A DNA stretch of 64,000 nucleotides, taken from an uncultured Bacteroidales bacterium. Its GTDB lineage: Bacteria > Bacteroidota > Bacteroidia > Bacteroidales > VadinHA17. Below, one piece after another: positions 57,428 through 64,000 of this stretch (within the stretch, counting starts at the first letter, position 1; every line of letters begins with the position of its first letter). Where the stretch lies: assembly GCA_963792925.1 (NCBI GenBank), contig CAWBYC010000005.1, positions 306,946 through 370,945 of the forward strand. The letters are read 5' to 3'. Both the position numbers and the translations under genes were made by a program. A model generated the notes under the pieces. That model had not been told where the DNA came from and ran no database searches. It worked only from the letters and a program-made list of their open reading frames with translations.

Positions 57428-58342
57428 CTACTCTTTTTCCATGAGTTCAAGAAACCTGTCCTCAATACCTGCTTCTGTTTCGGTTATGGTTGCATCATTA
57501 AATTCCTCCCTGATAAGATATTCATTGAGAGATTTTTGTGAATAGTCATCAGTAAGAGTTACATGGATAGAATCTCCGAAAGGATAAGCGGTAAATACTC
57601 CTGAATTCTTACGCAGAGTTGTGATCAATCTGTACTTCCCGGAAGCCTTTACCATAAAAAGTTTCTTGCTGAAACCCTCTTTTATCTTCCGGGGAGTATC
57701 AACTGAGAGTATTTTGCCATTCTGTATAAGGGCAACCTTGTCGCATCGGATGGCTTCGTCCATATATGGCGTTGATACAATAATTGTGATGTTATATTTT
57801 TTCAGTTTACTCAGCATGTCCCAGAATTCCGACCGGGAAACTGCATCCACCCCGGTTGTAGGTTCATCGAGTACCAATAACCTCGGTTTATGGATCAGGG
57901 CGCAGGACAAGGCGAGTTTCTGCTTCATTCCCCCCGAGAGATTGCCTGCAATACGCTTTTTAAAAGGCTCTATATGCGAGTAAATATCCTTTATGAGCTC
58001 ATAATTTTCCTCAACTGTAGTCCCGAAGACTGTCGCATAAAAATTCAGGTTTTCCTCTACTGACAGATCCTGGTACAAACTAAATCTTCCTGGCATATAG
58101 CCGATGTTTTTACGGAGTTCTTTATAGTCTTTAACAACATCCATGTTCAGGACGGTCATGCTGCCTTTTTCGGGAAGCAGTAGTGTAGTTATGATCCTGA
58201 AAAGCGTCGTTTTTCCTGCCCCATCCGGACCGATAAATCCGAATATATCCCCCTCATCAACCGAAAAAGATATATCTTCCAATGCCTTTGTCGGACCAAA
58301 TGATTTAAATACCCCCGATGATTCAATAACCTTTGTCATCAT
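57428..58342 (-). CDS. ABC transporter ATP-binding protein
   Basis: Walker A GPDGAGKTT, signature LSGGMKQK, Walker B LVLDEPT. Confidence 0.9.
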   Translation of the reverse strand: MMTKVIESSGVFKSFGPTKALEDISFSVDEGDIFGFIGPDGAGKTTLFRIITTLLLPEKGSMTVLNMDVVKDYKELRKNIGYMPGRFSLYQDLSVEENLNFYATVFGTTVEENYELIKDIYSHIEPFKKRIAGNLSGGMKQKLALSCALIHKPRLLVLDEPTTGVDAVSRSEFWDMLSKLKKYNITIIVSTPYMDEAIRCDKVALIQNGKILSVDTPRKIKEGFSKKLFMVKASGKYRLITTLRKNSGVFTAYPFGDSIHVTLTDDYSQKSLNEYLIREEFNDATITETEAGIEDRFLELMEKE

Positions 58343-59235
58343 TTATTTTTTACATTAGTGAAAAGGGCTTCCCCGGGCATTCCCGATTTCAGGCTGCCAT
58401 CGTTGATGACATCGATATTTACGGCGTAAACCAAAACAACACGTTCCTCTTTGGTCTGAATGATTTTTGGGGTAAATTCTGCTTTTTCAGAGATATATGA
58501 GATGGTTCCCGGGAAAGTTATGTATCCTTTCTCTCCATTATCGATCCTAATGGTACATGTCTGCCCGGTTTTAATTTTTCCGATCTCTGCGCCACTGACA
58601 AACACTTTAAGCTTTATTACCGAGAGATCGGCTATCTTGACAAGCGGTTTTCCAGCGGCTGTCATTTCGCCGGCTTCTGAATATTTTTCAATCACGGTTC
58701 CCTTCAAAGGGCTTTTTACTGTGCATCTTCTGATCTGTTCATTTACAGTGGCTTTTCTTGCTTCATAGACTGAACGTTCGGCTGAAACAGAAGCCTTCTG
58801 AGTATTATTTGCCGAAATCTGTTTCTGAAGAACTGCAACCTGCCCGGCAAGGTCATCATACTGTTTTTGAGTAGCAGCCCCATCTTTCATCATTTTTTCA
58901 AACCTGGCTACATTGACATTCAGATTCTCTATCTGTTGATCAAGAATTTCATTCTGCGCGTTTATGGAAGAAAGCCGGATCAGCACAGCCTTCATGCCCG
59001 CTTCTATTTCAGCTTTTTGCAGATGCAGGACAGTTGTATCAATCAATGCGATTGTTGCACCTTTATCCACTAAATTACCTTCCACAGGTTCGAACTGAAT
59101 AATACGGCCGTTTGTTTCGGCAGAAACAATAACTTCAGTTGCTTCAAAATTTCCGAAAGCATCTGCTTTGTCAGTCTTGGTTGTGCAGCTTGTTAAAAGA
59201 GCGGCGGCGATTATTATCAATGAGATGGTTTTCAT
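58339..59235 (-). CDS. HlyD-family periplasmic adaptor (YbhG-like), lipoprotein
   Basis: Lipobox LLTSC, a coiled-coil hairpin region and beta-barrel/lipoyl segments. Overlaps the ATPase gene by 4 nt. Confidence 0.82.
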   Translation of the reverse strand: MKTISLIIIAAALLTSCTTKTDKADAFGNFEATEVIVSAETNGRIIQFEPVEGNLVDKGATIALIDTTVLHLQKAEIEAGMKAVLIRLSSINAQNEILDQQIENLNVNVARFEKMMKDGAATQKQYDDLAGQVAVLQKQISANNTQKASVSAERSVYEARKATVNEQIRRCTVKSPLKGTVIEKYSEAGEMTAAGKPLVKIADLSVIKLKVFVSGAEIGKIKTGQTCTIRIDNGEKGYITFPGTISYISEKAEFTPKIIQTKEERVVLVYAVNIDVINDGSLKSGMPGEALFTNVKNK

Positions 59236-59302
59236 GTCTTTCAGGGATATTGTGGGTTTATCTATTTTGTTACTTTATATGGTGACAGCGCGGTTTAGGG
59301 GT

Positions 59303-60652
59303 TTATTCAATCTCTTTTCCGCTTATGTTCATGTATTCAATTTTAGCCATTGAGAGATTTATTTTATGAATCTCATAGTTAATCATCGCCTGACGCTCCG
59401 AATTAAGCTGGTTGAGGTATTCGGTTGCAGTAATCGTACCATTCTGATATTGTGAATCGGATGACGCAGTGATCCTTTTTCGAAGAGCTATAAGTTCGGA
59501 ATCAGTGGAGGTGAGTGCTTCCAGGCTCTCGATCTCGGAGCTTTTTGCCTCTAAGAGCCTCTTCAGGTTATCAGTAAGATCGCTCTTACGGTCTTCAATG
59601 ATGCTTTGCTGAAATGAGATTATTTTCTTCTCATTTTTTGACTTACTCCAATCGAAAATATTCCATTTAAGACTTGCTCCTACAACATAATAAGGTGCAA
59701 ATTCATTCCTGAAAAAATTACTTCCCGGGGGATTACCGTAACCCAGTGATGCGAATCCCATCGCTTTTGGCATCCTTTTGCTTTCAATGACCTTCAGGCC
59801 TGCATTAAGCTGATCTTTTCTCAGGTCGAAAAGCTGCAGTTCAGGTCTTGTAAGCTCTTCAGTAAGGTTCTGAGATTGTGATGGCATCGCTAGTTCGGTT
59901 GATCCATTTATTTCGAGACCAGTAAGATTGGACAGGATCTTTAAAAATGCGGTTTTTCTTATCTCATTTTCTACAAGTTGCTGTTCTATCTTTAATTTTT
60001 CGGAAGTAAGAACATCTGCATCGGCTTTCAGGATCACCCCGTTCTCAATTCCTGACTTCATGGAGGCAATCCTCTGGTTAATTATCTCCAGGTAGTTATT
60101 TAAAAGTTCTTTTTGTCTGCCAATGAGCAGAAGATTAAAATAATAATTGTTTATCTGTCCCCGGAGTTTATACAAATCAGTCTCAGTCTGTTTCTGATTT
60201 ACGCTGAGGTCGGCTTTTTCGAGAGCCCTGGCTCCTTTGATTGCACCGCCATCGTAAATGACCTGATTTATATCGACTGTCACCTTATATTGTTCATTGG
60301 GGAGTGGTTTGATTGCACTGGCTATGCCCGGGATCGGAAGAGAGCCAAGGACACTGCTCATATCAATAACCGACGAATTATAAACCAGACTTCCATTTGC
60401 ATCGAGTGTGGGAAGCCATCCTTTTGCAAGGTTTTCATCCCTGAGTTTTGAAATATCCGAATAACCGGTTTTTTCCTTTGCCAGTGCATTGGAAGATGTC
60501 GCTTGTTCATAGCATTCTTTCAGTGTCAGGAGTTTTTGGCCATGAATCGGTCTGACAACTAATGTTATAATAAATATAATTAGTAATCTTTTAAATTGCC
60601 TGGCGTAACTGGAGCGCCTGGAGTATTTGTAAATGGAATTATATTTCTTCAT
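59303..60652 (-). CDS. TolC-family outer-membrane efflux protein
   Basis: About 449 aa starting at MKKYNSIYKY. Two tandem OEP repeats show the typical L(T/S)L.EC/A..A...N and coiled-coil pattern. The longer ORF start (60805, MTRVTRV...) reads through a repeat. Confidence 0.8.
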   Translation of the reverse strand: MKKYNSIYKYSRRSSYARQFKRLLIIFIITLVVRPIHGQKLLTLKECYEQATSSNALAKEKTGYSDISKLRDENLAKGWLPTLDANGSLVYNSSVIDMSSVLGSLPIPGIASAIKPLPNEQYKVTVDINQVIYDGGAIKGARALEKADLSVNQKQTETDLYKLRGQINNYYFNLLLIGRQKELLNNYLEIINQRIASMKSGIENGVILKADADVLTSEKLKIEQQLVENEIRKTAFLKILSNLTGLEINGSTELAMPSQSQNLTEELTRPELQLFDLRKDQLNAGLKVIESKRMPKAMGFASLGYGNPPGSNFFRNEFAPYYVVGASLKWNIFDWSKSKNEKKIISFQQSIIEDRKSDLTDNLKRLLEAKSSEIESLEALTSTDSELIALRKRITASSDSQYQNGTITATEYLNQLNSERQAMINYEIHKINLSMAKIEYMNISGKEIE

Positions 60653-60805
60653 ATGAATAAGTTTTTTCAGATTGATGTAAAAATTGCAGGTGTTTTTTGT
60701 TCTTAATTCCAATTCCAGCCAAATTCTTTGTTTTCCATCTTCATAATAATTTTCAACGTTTAATAATAATTTTCGATGTTTTTCAACTCTAGTCACTCTG
60801 GTCAC

Positions 60806-61417
60806 TTATTTTGTTATAGCTTTTATAACAAATTCAGCGGCAAAATCTTTTCTTTTTTCGATAAAATCATCGAAGTCAACATCAATTTTCTCAAGAATGC
60901 CTTCGATTATGCCCCTGGCTGCAAAGGGGAATACACTTATGGAAGCTATTGAAATCAAAAGCTGGGGCAGGGTTTTTTCTGTGATATTGTATTTATCAAG
61001 TTCATTTTTATGCTGGTTATACAGGTTAAACCAGAGAGTTTCGAAATGAATATTTTTGAGAAGTTTTTTAATTCTTGCGGGATTCCTGTTTATTTCGTTT
61101 AGGATAAATGCGGGGAGTTTAGGGTTTTCCAGGAGGAAAGTAATATGTTCCTTATAGAAGAATCTTATTTTAGCTTCGAGGCTCAGATTTTCGTCGAAGA
61201 CAGGTGCGAATTTTTTGAGCACTCTTGCTGCAAGCATTTCAAATACAGCATTAAAGAGCTGGTCTTTTGTACGGTAATAATAATGAAGCAATGCTTTGTT
61301 TATACCTGCATGGCTGGCGATATCCTGCATACGTGCGCCATCCATTCCTTTATCAACAAATACATCTGTTGCGGCTTCAAAGATTTTTTCTTCAGTAAGT
61401 TTATCATTGTCTGTCAT
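60806..61417 (-). CDS. TetR/AcrR-family transcriptional regulator (CecR/YbiH-like position)
   Basis: HTH FVDKGMDGARMQDIASHAGINKALLHYYYRTKDQLF. It is the first gene of the exporter cluster. Confidence 0.88.
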   Translation of the reverse strand: MTDNDKLTEEKIFEAATDVFVDKGMDGARMQDIASHAGINKALLHYYYRTKDQLFNAVFEMLAARVLKKFAPVFDENLSLEAKIRFFYKEHITFLLENPKLPAFILNEINRNPARIKKLLKNIHFETLWFNLYNQHKNELDKYNITEKTLPQLLISIASISVFPFAARGIIEGILEKIDVDFDDFIEKRKDFAAEFVIKAITK

Positions 61418-61681
61418 AATTCTGACTTTTTGGTTTAACTAATGGGTTTAACCGAATGGTCAAAAGTAATATGTTTTTTTATTTTGACCAAATATTTCAA
61501 AATATTTTTTTTAGGAAATGAATAAATTGTCTTATTTTAGTTGAATCAGATAGGTGATTCAGATTTTAAATGGCAGAAATCATATCACGACCGCAATTAA
61601 TATCCAAAACATTATATAATAAATCATGTTGTACAAATGACCTTAAATCATTAAATTCGTAACTGTTAAATAATCAATACA

Positions 61682-62524
61682 ATGAAATGGCAAGGCAGGC
61701 AGGGAAGCGGCAACATAGAAGATCGAAGGGGAATGTCAAGAGGTGGTGGTTTGGCTTTGGGTGGCGGAATCGGTGGAATTGTCATTCTTCTGATTGTAAT
61801 GTTGCTTGGGGGTGATCCGTCACAATTAATTAACGGACTAAAGGGCGATCCTGAAAGCGGACAGGTAGCTACGACAGAGGAAGAGGATCAGATGGCTCAG
61901 TTTGTGGCTGTCGTGCTGAAAGATACTGAGACCGTATGGGGTAAAATATTTGAACAATCCGGCACTACATATCAGCAACCCAAACTTGTACTTTTCAGGG
62001 GAGAGGTGGAGTCGGCATGCGGACTGGCAAGTACAGCAAGCGGACCTTTCTACTGTCCTTCTGATCAAAAGGTTTATATCGATCTGGCATTTTGTGACCA
62101 GTTAAAGACGCAGTTCGGGGCATATGGTGATTTTGCTGTGGCATATGTAATCGCTCATGAAATTGGACATCATGTCCAAAATCAGTTGGGAATTATCGAC
62201 AAGATCGAGAAACAAAAAGCAAGAGCGGGCAAAGCCAGGGCAAATCAATTATCTGTAAGGCTGGAGCTTCAGGCAGATTTTCTGGCAGGCATGTGGGCTC
62301 ATTATGCGGAGGAAATGCTGAAAACGCTTGAGTCAGGGGATATTGATGAAGCAATGACTGCAGCAGCGGCTGTCGGCGATGACAAGCTTCAGATGCAATA
62401 TCAGGGTCGGGTTGTTCCCGATGCTTTTACACATGGAACATCAGCTCAGCGTAAGGAGTGGTTCAGGAGGGGCTGGGAGTCGGGTGACTTTGAAAAGGGT
62501 GATACTTTCAAGGCAGATCTTTAG
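61682..62524 (+). CDS. ypfJ: YpfJ-family putative neutral zinc metallopeptidase
   Basis: The N-terminus reads MKWQGRQGSGNIEDRRG and is followed by a TM helix. The HEIGHH zinc motif is present. GPFYCP..D..VYIDL is characteristic of the family. Confidence 0.82.
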   Translation: MKWQGRQGSGNIEDRRGMSRGGGLALGGGIGGIVILLIVMLLGGDPSQLINGLKGDPESGQVATTEEEDQMAQFVAVVLKDTETVWGKIFEQSGTTYQQPKLVLFRGEVESACGLASTASGPFYCPSDQKVYIDLAFCDQLKTQFGAYGDFAVAYVIAHEIGHHVQNQLGIIDKIEKQKARAGKARANQLSVRLELQADFLAGMWAHYAEEMLKTLESGDIDEAMTAAAAVGDDKLQMQYQGRVVPDAFTHGTSAQRKEWFRRGWESGDFEKGDTFKADL

Positions 62525-62548
62525 TAAAATAATTTTCAATAAATCAAG

Positions 62549-62581
62549 GAGGGTGTCTCAAAAGGGCACCTTTTTTTTTTA
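62549..62581 (+). terminator. Rho-independent terminator after the ypfJ-like gene
   Basis: An imperfect hairpin GGTGTCT...GGGCACC (about 7 bp including G-U pairs) followed by T10 at 62571-62580. Confidence 0.6.
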
Positions 62582-62721
62582 AAGGATGTTCATTTCTTTT
62601 TGTTCGTCATTTCCGGTTTGCCACCACACCATCCCGCCCGAAACTGCCTGAAATCCTGGCGAAAATGGTTCTGTTTTCAAAAAAATGTCAGAAATAGTTG
62701 AATTTATAGAAAATTATATTT

Positions 62722-62729
62722 TATATTTG
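62722..62729 (+). promoter_or_regulatory. Candidate -7 promoter element (TAnnTTTG) upstream of the PadR gene
   Basis: TATATTTG lies 46 nt upstream of the ATG at 62775, within AT-rich near-palindromic sequence. Confidence 0.3.
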
Positions 62730-62774
62730 CAATATATAAAGAACTTATATATAACTTTATTAAAATATAAAATT

Positions 62775-63119
62775 ATGATACCATCCGACCTTATCAAAGG
62801 ATCCCTCAAAACAATCGTACTTAAGCTAATAAAAGAGGAAGGACCAATGCATGGATACCTCATTACACAAAAAGTTGAAGAGCTGACCGAAGGGAAAATA
62901 AAACTTACCTATGGCGCCCTTTATCCTATCCTTCATAAACTTGAAAAAGAGGGCATCCTCATTACCGCCACAGCAAACTATAATAACAGGTTAAGAATAT
63001 ACTATGCCCTTACTGACAAAGGCCAACGGGTAGTTGTTGAAAGAATAAAAGAGCTTAATGACTTTATCAACTCCCTCCAGCGTATTGTCAACCTTAAACC
63101 TGGTTTAAGCAATGCCTGA
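62775..63119 (+). CDS. PadR-family transcriptional regulator
   Basis: KGSLKTIVLKLIKEEGPMHGYLITQKVEELTEGKIKLTYGALYPILHKLEKEGIL is a winged-helix PadR signature. The start was chosen at the internal Met. Confidence 0.88.
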   Translation: MIPSDLIKGSLKTIVLKLIKEEGPMHGYLITQKVEELTEGKIKLTYGALYPILHKLEKEGILITATANYNNRLRIYYALTDKGQRVVVERIKELNDFINSLQRIVNLKPGLSNA

Positions 63120-64000
63120 ACTTAGCCTTCAACATATTGACCAGATCAGCAGAGATATAAGCCGGGAGGAAATATCATTCTCCCACCTCCTCGATGACCT
63201 GATTGACCATGTGTGCTGCGATGTCGAATATGAGATGCAAAAAGGCAAAAACTTCACTGAAGCTTATAAGGCAGTTAAAGAAAAAATGGGTCCGAGAAGA
63301 GTAAAAGAAATCCAGGAAGAGACACTTTATTTAGTCGACACCAAATATCGAAATATGAAAAATACTATGAAAATTTCCGGCGTTGCCGGAACAATTATGT
63401 ACGGATTTGCGGCATTGTTTAAAATCCAGCACTGGCCGCTTGCAGGTGTAATGATGAGCCTGGGAGCAATAATCCTTGCACTTGTTTTTTTACCTTCAGC
63501 TCTGGGAGTCCTCTGGAAAGAAACGCATAACAGAAAAAGAGTTTTCCTTTTTGTGTCATCCTTTTTTACCGGTCTGTTTTTCATTACAGGAACACTTTTT
63601 AAAATACAGCACTGGCCCCTGGCAGGGTGGTTTTTAAGTTTAGCTGCGCTTTCGGGAATATTATTTTTCATTCCTTCACTTACTCTAAGCAGGATAATGG
63701 ATCAGGAAAACAAAACGAAACGACCGGTCTATATTTTAGGGGCGCTCGGTATTATCTTTTACGGAACAGGGCTGTTTTTCAAAATTCAACATTGGCCATC
63801 CGCAACCATTCTCATGATCATCGGAGTGATTATCCTATGTGTTTTTGCTCTGCCGTTATATACCTGGCTTTCATGGAAAGATGAAAATCATGTGAAGACA
63901 CAATTTATATTCATACTGATTGGGTTTGTATTGATCGTTGTGCCCGGCGCTATGATCAACCTTAATCTTGAGGATTCATACAGCACCGGATATTTTACTC
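63112..64000 (+). CDS. Polytopic membrane protein with repeated 'LFKIQHWP' motif (partial, runs off window end)
   Basis: This ORF is not in the supplied track because it is open to the window end. ATG at 63112-63114 overlaps the PadR stop (ATGCCTGA). It has a soluble N-terminal domain (MPELSLQHIDQISRDISREE...). There are at least three TM-hairpin units, each containing FKIQHWP(L/S)A, at about 63421, 63601 and 63780. Confidence 0.7.
   Translation, partial: MPELSLQHIDQISRDISREEISFSHLLDDLIDHVCCDVEYEMQKGKNFTEAYKAVKEKMGPRRVKEIQEETLYLVDTKYRNMKNTMKISGVAGTIMYGFAALFKIQHWPLAGVMMSLGAIILALVFLPSALGVLWKETHNRKRVFLFVSSFFTGLFFITGTLFKIQHWPLAGWFLSLAALSGILFFIPSLTLSRIMDQENKTKRPVYILGALGIIFYGTGLFFKIQHWPSATILMIIGVIILCVFALPLYTWLSWKDENHVKTQFIFILIGFVLIVVPGAMINLNLEDSYSTGYFT

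Noticed and set aside
63327-63671. 114-aa minus-strand ORF
   Set aside because: It is antisense to the plus-strand membrane-protein ORF, which carries the repeated FKIQHWP motif and is coupled to PadR. Its sequence is a low-complexity mirror of that gene.

Overview
This window looks like a Bacteroidota-type chromosomal segment with about 55 genes. The phylum call rests on a SusC/SusD pair, TAnnTTTG -7 promoter motifs, a lack of Shine-Dalgarno sequences before start codons, the DapL lysine pathway and mutL-rhomboid-rhomboid-EEP synteny. I saw no rRNA, tRNA, CRISPR array, transposase or integrase.

Gene content is mostly housekeeping and envelope functions:
- prfB, with its programmed +1 frameshift site
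- mutA/mutB (methylmalonyl-CoA mutase), recX, prmC, ribD, trxA, dnaE
- one SusC/SusD pair, rpsP-rimM, tsaC
- dapL/lysA/dapF
- a membrane pyrophosphatase and a soluble pyrophosphatase
- a TetR/beta-barrel/MacB-like ABC/FtsX x2/LolA-like cluster
- two divergent ExbB-ExbD pairs
- mutL plus two rhomboids
- a TetR/TolC/HlyD/ABC x2/ABC-2 x2 (YbhGFSR-like) exporter
- a PadR plus repeat-motif membrane protein pair

Two things go beyond routine annotation.
1. The long intergenic and intercistronic gaps are filled with modular GC-rich 'word' repeats. The most striking are two copies of a roughly 430-520 bp four-tier nested palindrome at 34.0 kb and 47.7 kb. Their stem modules are near-identical and they bracket a 13 kb block. 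The central hairpin has the opposite relative orientation to the outer tiers in the two copies.
2. Frame disruptions are extremely patchy. prfB, mutA, the TPR-caspase gene, the Reg_prop-SpoIIE gene, dnaE and hppA are each broken several or many times, while 19.9-31.4 kb and 34.4-64 kb are intact. This most likely reflects uneven consensus quality rather than biology, but it needs read-level checking.

All coordinates and alignments were done by eye.
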